Assembly (NCBI GenBank): GCA_964019335.1
Contig: OZ025728.1
Span: 310,001-374,000 of the forward strand
Reading direction: 5' to 3'
DNA length: 64,000 nucleotides
From: Diplonema japonicum
Taxonomy: Eukaryota > Protista > Euglenozoa: Diplonemea
In this document: positions 35,101 to 43,819 of the stretch, piece by piece
Numbering within the stretch: position 1 is the stretch's first letter
Layout: every line of letters starts with the position of its first letter
Notes under the pieces: generated by a model
The model's database searches: none
What the model was told of the DNA's origin: nothing
What the model saw: only the letters and a program-made list of their open reading frames with translations
Program-made: the position numbers and the translations under genes

Positions 35101-37086
35101 TTTGATGATCTTCTTGGATTCCTTCTGCGAGCCCATGATGGTTCGGTTCGCCTTGAAATTCTGCATCGGCGTCTCGATTCTCTTAAGCAATTGTCGGCCC
35201 CATGTAATGGCCCCCGCGACGGGGGGTATGTTTCGAACAACAGGCGGGGAATGCCGCTGCCGCTCGTACAGCTTCTGAACGTTCTCAAGATCAAGGCCGT
35301 AGTTGTGGAAGATAACCATGTACTTAGATTCGAGATCGGACCGAAGCGTCTGCCTGTTGAGGATCAGTTTGAACTTTTTGAGGAGCGAGAGGGCATTCTC
35401 TGTACTCGTGATGTTCTCGAAGCTGGAGTTGATGAAGACTTGCAGAGAGCTTTCCAGCTCCGCGATATTCTTGTTGAACTCGTTGAAAGCCTTGTCAAAG
35501 GTGGGCGTTGACTGGTCGAGCGGGTCGTGGCTCGATTTCTTCTTCAACTCTTCAACGTACTCGTGAAATCGAACGATGAGCTGCCCCATGCCATCGATGT
35601 TGTAATCGTCGAGATATTTGAACTGTTCTATCGTGTCGAATATTTCGATAAGCTTCAACACCCTTTTGCAGAACAGTTCGAACTTTCCGAAGATGTGCAG
35701 CTCCCGTGTTGCCACGCATGCAAACTGTTTCCCGCCTGTCTGCTGTTCCAAGCGTTGCGAGACGGACCGAAACTCCCTCACGTAACACTTCTTCAACTCG
35801 ATACACGCTGTCAACCTCTCGATCAGCGCACGCAGCGACTCAGGAGATTCCGCTTGCTGCCATAATTGCGACGCTGAGATCTGCCCTTGTCTGATGTCAG
35901 CCTTACACGCGACGATCAGCTGGTTCGTGATTTTACAGAACAAAACCATCATATGCTTCTCAGAACTATAGTACCTAGCTATCGTGTACATGACTTGTAT
36001 GTTGCTGATTAACGCAGGGAGCACGTTTAGCAAAACGCTCGGCGGTTCCTTCTCCAGAGCGTCGAAGAACTTCTCCAACGACGATAAATATCTGACGTTT
36101 TCTTTGGCTTCGTTGGAAGCGTCCGTCAACGAAGCGTCCGCCTTCCTCCATTCCCTGACAAGGTTCGATCGCGTGGCACCGAGGACACCTGTTACAACCT
36201 GCACGTCTGCTCTTTGAAACTGCTCCGTTATGTTAGAAAATTTCGCGCAGCGTTCCTTCCACCATTTCAGTTCCGTGGTAGGGCCCACTTCTTCAGGGAT
36301 GTTTTGCGGTTCTAGATCGGTGTGGGTTGGCTTGTCGTCTATAAGCCGCGTGGAGATCCCGATCCAAGATTCGATACAGGCTTCGAAATGCTTCACCAGC
36401 TTGGGATCCGTCGCGACTTTTAAATAGTTGGCGTTTGCAGGGAGATTCTTCATGTACGCGGCATCGGGCATCATGGCGGTTTCAGCTTCATGGCTGCAGT
36501 CTGCTACCTCTTCAAGCTTGTCAGCGAAGACACGTTGCGATTCGTGAAACGCTTCTCGTTGTAAGGCAGTTGTCTTCCCGAGCTTTGTTTGTTTCAACAA
36601 AAGCGGTTCATAGAGAGATTTCATCTGCTGGCGGTGGAAGTCGAGGAATGTTAAACTGTCCTTTGCGTCCGGAGATGATGATTTTGTCACATCGATAACC
36701 TGCATTTGAAGCTCGTGAATCATATCAGTTTCCTTGCCCGAAATAGGTTTTTGTACTCCTTGCGAGTCTGTCGGCGAGTGTCGCGTGATGACCAGTGTTC
36801 TCCCTTCTAGTTTGAATGGTGCGGCCTTAACCGACACCGTGCCTGCCGCATTGTCTATGGAGGCGTTGAAGTATAGCATTGGGGGGGTGGGTCTTCCCTC
36901 TGCGTCCACGCCTTTCACGAAGCCGTCTATTTTCGCCACGTTCTCCGGGAAGCACCAGATCTCTTTTTCGATCGCTTTTAAATAGTCCAACAGTGGTGGG
37001 CCGTCCGGGCCGTGGCACACCAGGAACGCGTCTGCCACCCTCATCAGCAGGTATTTCCGCACTGCTTCGAGGTCTTTGGTACTCAT
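23176..37086 (-). CDS. Axonemal outer-arm dynein heavy chain (DNAH5/DNAH8, Chlamydomonas gamma type), intronless
   Basis: 4636 aa; P-loops GPAGTGKT, GPAGVGKT, GGGGTAKT, GVGGSGKQ; FPRFYFVS, CFDEFNRI, stalk coiled coil; N-terminal tail AGAITWGRQL typical of the DNAH5/8 class. Confidence 0.93.
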   Translation of the reverse strand: MSTKDLEAVRKYLLMRVADAFLVCHGPDGPPLLDYLKAIEKEIWCFPENVAKIDGFVKGVDAEGRPTPPMLYFNASIDNAAGTVSVKAAPFKLEGRTLVITRHSPTDSQGVQKPISGKETDMIHELQMQVIDVTKSSSPDAKDSLTFLDFHRQQMKSLYEPLLLKQTKLGKTTALQREAFHESQRVFADKLEEVADCSHEAETAMMPDAAYMKNLPANANYLKVATDPKLVKHFEACIESWIGISTRLIDDKPTHTDLEPQNIPEEVGPTTELKWWKERCAKFSNITEQFQRADVQVVTGVLGATRSNLVREWRKADASLTDASNEAKENVRYLSSLEKFFDALEKEPPSVLLNVLPALISNIQVMYTIARYYSSEKHMMVLFCKITNQLIVACKADIRQGQISASQLWQQAESPESLRALIERLTACIELKKCYVREFRSVSQRLEQQTGGKQFACVATRELHIFGKFELFCKRVLKLIEIFDTIEQFKYLDDYNIDGMGQLIVRFHEYVEELKKKSSHDPLDQSTPTFDKAFNEFNKNIAELESSLQVFINSSFENITSTENALSLLKKFKLILNRQTLRSDLESKYMVIFHNYGLDLENVQKLYERQRHSPPVVRNIPPVAGAITWGRQLLKRIETPMQNFKANRTIMGSQKESKKIIKSYNRIARALIEFETVWLTAWKQSVPNMRSGLNATLLIRNEGKLYINFDMEIIQLIKEARAIKRMDITIPSGAEVVLMQDKKFKYFHGQLSHAISEYERITQAVIPVTKSLMRNNLDTLDKVIRPGEVLLTWTSLNIDTYIDRVLSGIQDLNIVTSRVENVVENRIHANLKFISGTLLVYLPEGQSFTLEQFVSLQEKHIKSQSELMDIKNREVERAADDVIATILSGHPNKGECKLEVANLKSHFNLLMFKAILATTTRSLNLIKKRVGTRGNRTDFMQVDKPFFDVNIELAPPHVVLHPSLEEVQKAINQSATAVLKCSRYISPWAGIDSPETFFENIAKNKEIVKVVLLLTGGIHGLKKQVMDYLASFKRFEYLWTLNKQTEYEHFLEQEPTLTMFEQELRKYKAVEDEVDGIQLTYVIGSLSLATSRLKSALKKEAQEWKAQYARNLHQQAARDLSRIQAQMTEDRKALEQQINQNDSLEDLRMIMHTLREIRERESEVDLLFEPVQEIYEMLKSNSVHIPKDEEEQVGELWHHWRNLRMVALHRNDEIAKLQNGFKARLTREVETFSVTVEQFKKDFDKTGPMCEGVTPAEAMERLKKFQRLFDDHKRSWTTFQAGEELFGMPVHHYPELVQTEKQLMLLEKLYVLYVKVIQNIRGYSEILWADLRQGGGAGFASLVEEVNRFQVQASKLPRALKAWDAYLELKKYIDDFLGLEEMISALAHPAMRERHWKAIMQVTNSTWRLDEDLFKLGNILDAKLLSCEEEVQDITMSAQKEADIERKYKEIERNWKDTELAFGEFKHRGQLVLKGEETNQVKEILEESQLQVGSMLASRFVAPFRAEVTEWMSKLSAVSEKLGLWQEVQSAWVWLEAVFAGGDIMKQLPAEAKRFAQIDKTWVKIMTKAGEQKNVIGFCYDNELLDLLPNLKDQLDQCQKQLQSYLETKRRAFPRFYFVSETVLLDILSQASDPTAIQGNIQSIFDGVSSVTFEKFKPSKGETGSGVMKIVKLHSPEGETLPLLEPVPCVGNVEQWLLALVDQMCLTVRETTKHAASEIEKLQGCLRFFDQCLHAFVAQISLLIVQMLWTQDVQDFLTGSKGEQKSLREAADRRINELKDMLVELTRTELTKTERINVETLITIHVHQQDVWRCPPGKGDTALRKLRDASQFDWLKQARFYFCHERDEVLIKIADADTIYCNEYLGVKERLVITPLTDRCYITLSQALAMKLGGAPAGPAGTGKTETTKDLARTYGKLCIVTNCSDQLDYKAMGKIIKGLSQANAWGCFDEFNRIDLPVLSVVAQQVQSVLNGLKAHKTEFVFPDKDVVCLKPGVGFFITMNPGYAGRQELPENLKILFRGVTMMVPDRQAIMKVKLGGQGYKEDDLLSQKFFLLYNLCEQQLSKQRHYDFGLRNILSVLRTAGSVLRKAPVKDEPYLFMRTLRDMNMSKLVFDDIDLFNSLLQDLFPGKNPEKNSYAEVDKALQQHVIDTGLIYHPPWVAKCIQLYETKLVRHGLMVVGPAGVGKTMIYHMVLKALCDVEEKYGGMKHSEMRMNPKAITASQMFGKLDAGTGDWHDGIFSALWRQAVAKTRRTDGKKPQSIWLVCDGPVDAIWIENLNTVLDDNKLLTLASGDRLNMTDNMKVCFEPENLNNASPATVSRAGIVYVSDAELGGGVGRGDFKPWDPVIRAKLYATRKEERIVPPGCPTVLPRDVSDYIMSLFTLHVNDALNMYLRECSPPMHTGCAHQLINTYFLILPQIQDCEGTPSKSVMEKIFWFSLSWSMGGMLETASREKFYDSYVKNHCRSIPSETETIFEFKVDVRADKWVHWNDLVPEWKYPGDKKITEDFATLFIPTLDSTRLNFLMLQNFINKRPFLLFGGGGTAKTVTVENFLGSVHKMDAIEAEHRELMVFKKINFSFMTGPGLFQTALLDNMEKRQGKYYGPKRNKRLTLFVDDAAMPEVNEWGDQITNESVRQVIEESRLYSLDKAGELIYLVDLHWAAAMAKPGGGKNDIPNRLKRHFSVYCVPLPSEQSLQQIFGVILQSRFAQTNADGNYPPGVVAVADVLTPMSLSFWTRIQNKMLPTPAKFHYMFNLRDLTLIAQGICMSTRKVTSDEPTLVNLWKHECNRVFSDKLNVAEDKAWYDKEVNSCVQEFLGEQLATQCKNPTYWVNFMREAEIDPETGETIEEAPMVYEPVDGMETLRQKLTIRMSTYNESGENKTRKLSLVLFDAAIKHVSRITRVLTTRRGNILLVGVGGSGKQSLTRLSASIHSHKMFQITVTKSYGINQLFDDVREQYTHAGTKGEVCFMFTDNEIKSESFLEYINSFLSSGEIPGLYATDEKDAIANDVRLVAKKESGRDFQDTGDWLWRFFVNKVRARLHFVLCMSPVGDKFRNRARKFPALVSGCVINWFFPWPEAALLDVSKQRIGSFNIETDAQTKGRLMEFMSSLHRLMLEMSKEYFTRFRRSVFSTPKSYLSFLEAYIAVYKEKFQQINVLAVNIGGGLKKLHQAGEDVRLMKINLAEKEVNLQQATKETDTLLLEITEATGIAEKKESEVGAVKETLSRDARKVQAVKDDAEQDLAAARPMLEAANKALDSIDPKALQNVKKLSNPPALVKRILDGVCILLHDPIENKHCEAVLEKGGAWVKDSWEAGRKFLSDMKAIERLQAFKAVSEGGVGKKDQINEETCELLLPYLSMEAWNGETATKSAKDVAGMCLWVRAMYDYIGIAKFVQPKMEALREAEAQLRVANRKLEEKESELQAVQGDRAKCQAKLDSAKGKKQALEDDAVGTKKRMDAANGLIDALSGERERWTKQSNEFKERVRRLVGDVALSCAFISYCGPFNADFRHTLLTEHFYNMCLKLKIPVTDSISVVKFLTTESQITDWQIEGLPSDDHSVQNAIMISSNLNNKKTGKYPLIIDPQGQGLKWLRSRYGENVAVTQFDDKKFPDHLAKQLQDGGCLLLENCTEDIDPMIDPVLDKIIVRAGRMQNIIINDKPHDFDDDFKLAMTTRLPNPLFTPELFAKALVIDMTVTMQGLEQQLLGQVIGKEKRELEEERAKLIEEVNENEKRLKEFEDRLLAQLAASKGNLIDDDELIATLADAKKASAEIKEKLAVAQETRKRITSASEEYRPVALRGSILYFLIVDMSQVSHMYQTSLPQFLRLFDEAITHSEPAQLTTKRISNIIAMMTRVVFEHITRGLFTAHRLLFVLTMACKTKLHARDATKLPHESFQTLLKGGAALSINETRVKPFPWIPDRAWLNIVALSEGAPKSFKLLPDYISRSERLWRDWYDAESPEITPVPEIEEKMEPFDRLLIVRSLREDRAMLAALSYVSIVLGKEYAEPLQLDFESVIETTTGLTPIIFLLSQGSDPSSLIEASAKRRKKQIIPQGGISMGQGQEQAAMDATLASFSGCGEWALLQNCHLGLKFLADLETVLVKTDPDTIGAEARVLITSEPHPRFPIGLLQMSIKLTNEPPPGIKTGIKRSYGWFNQEMLDSYRRPEWKAMLFAQCFIHSNVVERKKFGPIGFCIPYEFNQGDWQASVQFLQNHMATIGDDAKKGAQVSWITVRYMISEIQYGGRITDNKDRIMFNTICEVNMNSAICESGFEFYSGYGIPCFEEYIKHKEYLDKYPEVDPPEVFGLHANADIIYRTRQSQQTLNKILSIQPRGSSAGGGKSPEQIVISMADDFLKRLPPEWKMDNVREMMKKIDDKKPLNIFCRQEIERLNLCLALIGSTLRDLKLAIAGIVVLSAELQAARDALHDAKVPVKWTTVSWPSPTMGIWFSEVLARQKQLDLWVREDRPSKYWLTGFYNPQGFLTSVRQEVTRAHKNEGWALDDVILKTEVQKYEKHEVDRAPPEGVFIHGLYLEGAGWDRTRQKLKDPLPKEAPKELPVLFVTAVQQEEGKRTVTNTKTKEKAMARYDCPVYKYPTRNDINWIFDVQLNCEDLEHMNARNFWQLRGVCLLCSVD

Positions 37087-37381
37087 TTTTTATTATTTTC
37101 TTTTTTTTTTTTAATTTATTTTTTTCAATTTTTTTTTTTCCCCTCTCCCCTCCCTCCTCGTATTTACATCCTGAAGGTGACGGTTGAATGCAGCAAATAA
37201 AGAACGGGGAAAAAAAAAAAAAAAAAAATAGAATGAAGCAACAAAAACAAAAACAAAAAAAAAAGGCGTAAAAAAAAAAAAAGAGGAACACGCACACAGC
37301 ATGGGGGTGTGTGTGTGGGGGGAGGAGAATATTGGTGTGTAAATAAAAAAAAAAAAAAAAAACAATAATAATAATGAACTC

Positions 37382-38464
37382 TCACGTAACCAACGACAGG
37401 CAAAAGGTTCCGTGATTGCAAACCGTGGCGTCTTGATAGGTTCCTACCATGGTGCTGCCGAGTACGGTAGCAGAGTACCTTGTTGGGACGACTGTGCTGC
37501 CCTTCTTGAGATGCTGGTACTCGGCGAAGGAGAATACGGTTGCAGGGGTATTGAGAGGCCGCAAGGGCGGTGTGCTGAACAACGTGCACAGAGGAGGCGG
37601 GGGGTCAGAAGGTGCCAACCTGCACCGTGGAGATGGTACAGGGCACGGCTCAGACGATGCTACCCCAGTCACACCAGCAAACCGTGTCAAACTGTTCAAA
37701 CTGGGAAACGATATCGAACCCTGAATAATTCCTGAAACAGCACTTGACTGGCTAACCTGCATTGCCATAGGATATTGCTCTTCCTGGTACCCATGCTGGT
37801 AGCAAATGCCTTCCCATTTTGAACTTTCCACAATCCCGGAGTACGACCGGCGGCTATCGCTTAAACTGATTTGAAAACACCCGCAGTTTGTAACCCCTGC
37901 AATGGCGATCCTTTCGGATATGGTGCCGTGGTACTCCATCCCGTTTGTCTCCCGGATCACGATGTCCGTTTTATTCCGAATACTTGATGTGAAGGGCTTC
38001 GTCAAGACCGTCGTGTAGGTAGGGTTCTGCGTGAAGAGGTCGTAAGCCGCTTCGTTTAGATGCGTTCTTATCGGAGTTTTCCATTGGTACTGGACAACTC
38101 CTTCGGAGCTTTTGGAGAATTCCACGCGTATTCTTATCGGTTCTATGAGGAAGCCTCCCGATTCACATTTCCCAGCTACCTCTGGATGAGTTGCTTTGAA
38201 CGTGTTTAGCTCTGCGTACGGCACAACCAGTTCACCAAAAAACGTGCAGTTCTGGAGTGTCGCGACCCCCCGGAAAACACTTATGTCGCCACTCACGCCT
38301 AGCTCGCTTTGGCACACTTTGTTCCACACATCTGTTGCCCTGGCTTCTTTTCCTACCCACTTGCCCACCAGCATGAGGTTTGCCAGCTCTTTTCCTTTCA
38401 AGTACCCCAGTACCAATCTAAAGGCATCTGGCGGTATTTCTTCAAGGTTGTTCCACGGGGTCAT
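37382..38464 (-). CDS. F-box domain protein
   Basis: N-terminal LEEIPPDAFRLVLGYLKGKELANLMLVGKW..VWNKVC F-box pattern; the remainder is unrecognised. Confidence 0.65.
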   Translation of the reverse strand: MTPWNNLEEIPPDAFRLVLGYLKGKELANLMLVGKWVGKEARATDVWNKVCQSELGVSGDISVFRGVATLQNCTFFGELVVPYAELNTFKATHPEVAGKCESGGFLIEPIRIRVEFSKSSEGVVQYQWKTPIRTHLNEAAYDLFTQNPTYTTVLTKPFTSSIRNKTDIVIRETNGMEYHGTISERIAIAGVTNCGCFQISLSDSRRSYSGIVESSKWEGICYQHGYQEEQYPMAMQVSQSSAVSGIIQGSISFPSLNSLTRFAGVTGVASSEPCPVPSPRCRLAPSDPPPPLCTLFSTPPLRPLNTPATVFSFAEYQHLKKGSTVVPTRYSATVLGSTMVGTYQDATVCNHGTFCLSLVT

Positions 38465-38756
38465 GGGAAAAAAAAAAAAAAGAGCGAGAAGAAAAAAAAA
38501 CCCCCCCTCCCTCCCCCCCCTCCTTGTTGTGTGCTGGTATTATTTCTTTTATTTTCTAAAGGGGAATTTAAAAAAAAAAAATACTGCATAAAAAAAAGGG
38601 GGGGGGGGACGGGGAAACATCATTTTTCCCGTCTTTCCCACCCGTTTCACTCATAACGCATATTTTCTTGTTGGGCATTGTATTTACAATATTTGAAGGG
38701 GGGGGGGGGACAAAAACTGAACTAACCAATTTTATTTTCTCTCTCTTTTTTTTTTT

Positions 38757-41700
38757 TTACTTCCCCCACTCCGAAGGTATCCGAATGCTGCCTTTTAGAA
38801 CAAGTGACACATCTGGGGTGTCACACGCAGGCCAGCCGCCCTTCAAGCACAGTGTGATGGTAGCCGTTATGTTGATTACAACGTTGGGGACAGGAAGCTG
38901 GGTGAAGACACCTTGCGAAAGGTGCCCTGAGGGTTCCTTTGGCGCGAAATTGATGGTGAAGGGAGCATCGATAGTTCCAGGGGGGAGGACAAGCTTTCCC
39001 GAAGCGAGGTTTGGGAAGGAAAACCCAAGAGACTCAGCTTCTTGAAGTTCTTTAGAATCGATATAAAGCTCCCCTGGAGCGGTGGTCCTGGGTTCCGACC
39101 CCTTTACATTCCCCACAAACAGCGTGTGCGTGGCCTCCTGAACCAGCAACTTATTCGAATCAAATACCGGTGCAAAGTCATACTGGTACCGGGTGGGCAG
39201 CGGGTCAGCACAAAGACTGCTTAAATAATCATCTGTAGTACAACGATGAGCGACCAGTGCCGTGCCTTCCTTGCCTATCCTTCCGCGAAGAGGCAGGCCG
39301 GAAGGGCATTTGATGTACAGAGATTTTTCAAAGCAGGATCCTGATAAAGACAGTTTGATTGTTTTATCGACACCTCCATAGATGCACACTGCCTCTGCGC
39401 AGTACGACTGGTAGCTGTGGTCAGGGTTGAACATCAGAACAACTTGTGCAGAACCGCCAGCCTTCACTACCCCGTGGTCGGGGGTAGCTGTGAAAGGAAT
39501 CGATCCATTATTGTTGAGCGGTTCTGATTTGTCCGGATTGAATTTTATGCTGAAGGGTGTGTGGAAGCCGCATTGCGATGTGAGGTGCATGGTGCGGGTT
39601 TCGTGTTGTTTTGCTACGTGGCTTGGCAACGCAGGCCCCATTTCCGCCTTCACCACCCCGCCTTCAACTGGTGGCAGCGCATCCAACGAAATGGACAGGG
39701 ACGGGGCAAGCCCAATCCCCTTCGCCTTCAAGAAAACCTTGTTCCCCTCGTTGTTCGAAATAACGATCTCTTCCTGGTACACGGCCGCCGTTGCAGGCGT
39801 GAACGAGAGGACCACTTCGCACACCTGACCTTTTTCCAGTGGGGTGGGGGGCTTTACAACCGCGATAGGACCGTAGCTGTCCAGTGCTGTTATGAAGGGT
39901 GCTGAATGAGAGCCCAGGCACCTCAAGAGCACGGTTTTGGTAGAGGTTTTGTACGCCGGTATCGAACCGAAATCAATGGCTGAGACACCATGCTCCCCAT
40001 GCCACTCCAACAGCTTTTCCGGGGTGTATTTTGTCGTGTTCTGCTCGGTGTCGTCCTTCCCAATCACCACGAGGCTCGGGAGAACCACGCAAAGCTCGAG
40101 CTCAAGAAGCACGGCCACTCTCTCGCTGTTTTTAATGTAACACGGGATCGTTTTCTTCGTGTGCCAGGACGGGTTTGACGTACTTGCGGAGGCGGCCCAT
40201 TCCTTCAACGAGATCGAAGGTAGCGGCTCGAAGGTTGCAATGACAGCTTCATGCCCACCAGGGGGCAGCTCCCCGCATGTCGGGGATATTGATAAGCAAC
40301 ACCCAGGTGGTGGGGCGAACTCAAATGTCTGGTGTGACGATGTCGAATTGCTTACCACAAAGCCCACCGAGCACCTGTCACCCATGGACGTGGCAGGGAG
40401 TTGTATCACTGACTCCGAGAGGTGCAGTGGGGTCCGCTTCCCAACAGCCGTCACCGCAATGCAGTGCTCTTCATCCCGCTCTGTTTTGATTTTAAGCTTC
40501 CGTTCGTAAGGGCCAGTGCTCCCCATCACAACGGAGACCGTGAACTCCTTCGGCCGTCCGGGTTGCAAACACGCAAAACCTCTGTTCGGTTCCACCGAGA
40601 CCTCGTTCGGCAGCTCCAAAAACCCAATCTCCAGCGGCAGTAAGCCTTTGTTTGTGATCGTAAGCGGCCGGCTGCACCCCTCCCCAATGGAACACGCTTC
40701 GAAATTCAAGCTTGGTTCCGAAAACTCCAACTTAGATGTGGTGACTGTCGCACGGAGTTGATAAGTAACAGGGAGGGCTTGGCCGAGGACAGAAACGACC
40801 GCCTCTGCGGTGAGGACACCATCGTTGAGATGTGTGAAGATGGCACGCGACGGGCGAAACTTCACCTGGTAAGCTAGGGATTCGCCAGGTTGGACAAAAC
40901 CCATTTTAGGTGCGTACTCGAAGTACGGCTGTAGGTTGGCAGGCACAGTGGGGGAGACTTTCATAGATGTCTTACCCCGGTTGCGCACCGTGAGCTCAGC
41001 TCGGTAAAGCGTACCCACAACACAACAATCATAGTCAAGGGTCGCCGAGCCTTCATCGACATACACCGGGACTTCGGTACCCTGGCCTGCAATGATGATA
41101 GGGATGTCATCAACCTGATCGGTGTGGAAGTGAAGCAACATTGTGCATCTCACATCTGAAACCGATGTTGGTGCGAACTGCAGCTCGATGACGCAGGTGC
41201 TATACGGTGCTAGGTACACGGGCTCCGTGTTTGAAAGCGAGCATGATATTTGAACCTCTTCCGTGTAGTCTCCTAGCATTTCAACGTACGTGGCCAGCGC
41301 GCCGTTATTCGTGATTACAATGCTCTTTGAGGTTGTTTCGGCAAGCAGTACAGGGCCGAGGTTCAGTTCCCTGCCCTTTCCAGGGCGGTGTTCGGGAGAC
41401 ACTGAGATCTGAACCTTTTTCGTGAAGGCTTGCAGGGGTATCGTGATTTCGCCGGTCTTTGCGAGGAGTTTGATTTCGTCCTCGATGTCTTCGTTCAGTT
41501 TCGGGGTGAATTTTACGCACAGCGTGCACGACATGCCGGCGGACATTTGTCCCGGGCGGTCGTATGTAAGTTCGAAGAAATCAGAGATTTCCATGTTGAG
41601 ATCCATCACCATGAAGGTGTTGAAGGTCCAAGAAACGTTCGTCAGCGTTACGTAGATTGTCACTTCTTTTCCCACCTCGAAGTCCTTGAAGGTCACGACC

Positions 41701-42044
41701 GGTGGGGTGGCGATGAAAGCAGTCCCATTGTACTCCTTGCCCAAGACCACTTGTTTTTGCGTCCTGCAATTTTTCATTTTCGCTCGCGCCGCCGTGATCA
41801 TCTTTTCATCCGCCCTCGTTTTCGTTCCAAGCTCCCAAGCCCCGGTTGCTTCGTCCTTCGTTGGACCCTTTCGTCTTGCCAGCGTCATTGCTCTTCGTAT
41901 TCTAGCATTCTGCTCCTCCACCAAAACCTTTTCGCTCAGCCGCTTTGTCGCCTCCGTGGCTCCCATGTGAAACCCTGTTGGAGCCGTAGCTGATTTTCGC
42001 AGCTCGTGCTCCATTGTCCCCACTGAAAGAGTTATAATTGCCAT
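38757..42044 (-). CDS. CFAP74: Cilia/flagella-associated protein 74-like (ASH/Ig-like repeats)
   Basis: FIATPPVVTFKDFEVG..TLTNVS..FFELTYDRPGQMSAGMSC..FTPKLNEDI..LAKTG; serial ASH-type domains; short N-terminal region. Confidence 0.7.
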   Translation of the reverse strand: MAIITLSVGTMEHELRKSATAPTGFHMGATEATKRLSEKVLVEEQNARIRRAMTLARRKGPTKDEATGAWELGTKTRADEKMITAARAKMKNCRTQKQVVLGKEYNGTAFIATPPVVTFKDFEVGKEVTIYVTLTNVSWTFNTFMVMDLNMEISDFFELTYDRPGQMSAGMSCTLCVKFTPKLNEDIEDEIKLLAKTGEITIPLQAFTKKVQISVSPEHRPGKGRELNLGPVLLAETTSKSIVITNNGALATYVEMLGDYTEEVQISCSLSNTEPVYLAPYSTCVIELQFAPTSVSDVRCTMLLHFHTDQVDDIPIIIAGQGTEVPVYVDEGSATLDYDCCVVGTLYRAELTVRNRGKTSMKVSPTVPANLQPYFEYAPKMGFVQPGESLAYQVKFRPSRAIFTHLNDGVLTAEAVVSVLGQALPVTYQLRATVTTSKLEFSEPSLNFEACSIGEGCSRPLTITNKGLLPLEIGFLELPNEVSVEPNRGFACLQPGRPKEFTVSVVMGSTGPYERKLKIKTERDEEHCIAVTAVGKRTPLHLSESVIQLPATSMGDRCSVGFVVSNSTSSHQTFEFAPPPGCCLSISPTCGELPPGGHEAVIATFEPLPSISLKEWAASASTSNPSWHTKKTIPCYIKNSERVAVLLELELCVVLPSLVVIGKDDTEQNTTKYTPEKLLEWHGEHGVSAIDFGSIPAYKTSTKTVLLRCLGSHSAPFITALDSYGPIAVVKPPTPLEKGQVCEVVLSFTPATAAVYQEEIVISNNEGNKVFLKAKGIGLAPSLSISLDALPPVEGGVVKAEMGPALPSHVAKQHETRTMHLTSQCGFHTPFSIKFNPDKSEPLNNNGSIPFTATPDHGVVKAGGSAQVVLMFNPDHSYQSYCAEAVCIYGGVDKTIKLSLSGSCFEKSLYIKCPSGLPLRGRIGKEGTALVAHRCTTDDYLSSLCADPLPTRYQYDFAPVFDSNKLLVQEATHTLFVGNVKGSEPRTTAPGELYIDSKELQEAESLGFSFPNLASGKLVLPPGTIDAPFTINFAPKEPSGHLSQGVFTQLPVPNVVINITATITLCLKGGWPACDTPDVSLVLKGSIRIPSEWGK

Positions 42045-42319
42045 GCCGTAAGAGGGGCATGCTAGTGAGTGCTACCAATAAATGTAGAAAATAGTCGAAA
42101 AAGATAAAGGAGCACAAAAAAGAAAGAAAAGAGAGCGTGAGAGAGAGTAAGGTATCGTGTAAGTGAAATGGAATAGAAAAAAAAAATAGACATCTTTGGG
42201 GAAAAAAGGGGGAGAAGAGGGAGCTGAGAATATAGCGGGCTTATCTATGTTCAAAAAGGGTGTGGGATGAAGGGAAGGGGGGAGGAAGTAAGAAGTAAGA
42301 ATACAGAAGTCAGGAGTGT

Positions 42320-43228
42320 CTACCTCCTCCTCCCACCATCATTGTTCTGAACCATCACAGCAGTGATGTCGTTCCCATTGGCGTCGATCTCATCGGAGGT
42401 GCACGTCCGGCACTGTGCGGTATTTCCAAGGGAAGGTCCAATGTTCCTGGGGCAGTTGTTCGTCCTGCAGGTCCCCCTGTTGTGGTCCCACACACAGATC
42501 CCAGGGTGGTTCGGTGTGTTGTGGCAGCTCCCCACAGTCATCCTCGCAGCACAGTGAACAGGCATCCTCGACCCATGCCATGCAAGGAACTCAGTCGTGT
42601 CGCTCGTGTCAAAGTGAACATCCTCACCGTTGGCCATCGACTTCATGAAGGTCACCATGGAGTGCTCCACACCACCAGGAACAAGCCTGAACCTGGGAGC
42701 ACAGTGTGCCGCATCCCAGCCGTTGTCCATCATGAACTTGGGAAGACCACCATTGTTGAAGGAGCACCCAGGACACCTGTACTGGTACACGAAGGCTGTG
42801 CACCCATCCCACTGTTGGCCCCTCCTGGGGTTCGGGGTGGGGCAAGAAAAGGTGATGCGCTTGTTCGCAGGGAACTTCGACTCTGGAACAGTGACATCGT
42901 AGTCGTAGGCGAAGTCAGGGACGTAGCTGAAGATGGAGGTGGTGATGTCTGGCCAGGCCTTCGCCCCGTCTGTGAAGAAGGTGACCCTTGTGTTGGTGCT
43001 GCCGTGTGCATTGGCCTCTGTGTTGCTCACAGTCCCGGTGCAGGTATCTGTCTCACAAGGGTTGCTTCCCCCGCACAGGGTGCACCCGCTGGCACACTGT
43101 GCGACACCATTCACAATAGCGACCGCTTCCTCGGGGTTGGGGCACTTGTTGTCCATCGAGCCCGAGGGGCACTCGTACTTTCCAAACACACTGCCAGCAA
43201 GGGCAAGCACGAGGGCAGCGCGGATCAT
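42320..43228 (-). CDS. Secreted Cys-rich protein, array copy 1 (N-type A)
   Basis: Signal peptide MIRAALVLALAGSVFG; core shared with six paralogs. Confidence 0.85.
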   Translation of the reverse strand: MIRAALVLALAGSVFGKYECPSGSMDNKCPNPEEAVAIVNGVAQCASGCTLCGGSNPCETDTCTGTVSNTEANAHGSTNTRVTFFTDGAKAWPDITTSIFSYVPDFAYDYDVTVPESKFPANKRITFSCPTPNPRRGQQWDGCTAFVYQYRCPGCSFNNGGLPKFMMDNGWDAAHCAPRFRLVPGGVEHSMVTFMKSMANGEDVHFDTSDTTEFLAWHGSRMPVHCAARMTVGSCHNTPNHPGICVWDHNRGTCRTNNCPRNIGPSLGNTAQCRTCTSDEIDANGNDITAVMVQNNDGGRRR

Positions 43229-43787
43229 CTTTTCTTGTATGAAATGGGAATCCCTGTGGTTGCAGTTACCGACACTGTAATGGCGCTCTACCGACGTGAA
43301 CAGTAACTAAGAAGAGTCAGCTGCCTGTGGGACCTTTGGTCTGCTTGCCCATAGGGCAAGCATTAACTAACAACGACTAAACAACAGCATTTCTTTTTTT
43401 GTTCCGTTGACAGTCCGACTGTCTAACACGCGATGGACGAGGACATTGGTCGTAGGCTGGGGCTGGCTGCCTTACCCCGAGAGCACAACAAGCAGCGGGA
43501 GGGAAAGAAAAAAAAAAGCAAGAGATAGTACAAAAAGAAAAGGTTTCACTATTGCGGGAGGAATAGTGCGATGTAGTGTAGGGAGAGAAGTCAAAAAAAC
43601 AAAAAAAAAAAAGAAGAAGAAAGACGGAGTTGACCATCAGTCCGTGCAGTACAACTGCAAGAACATCTATTAGACCTCAAGTGTCGCAGTGCCGTCATCC
43701 GCTGGAATCGAGGTCCGTTTACATAGTTGACTTGCTCTAAAGAAAGGAAAAAGAAAAGAAAAGGAGAAACAATAGAATTTGCAGGTA

Positions 43788-43801
<14 letters not shown>

Positions 43802-43819
<18 letters not shown>
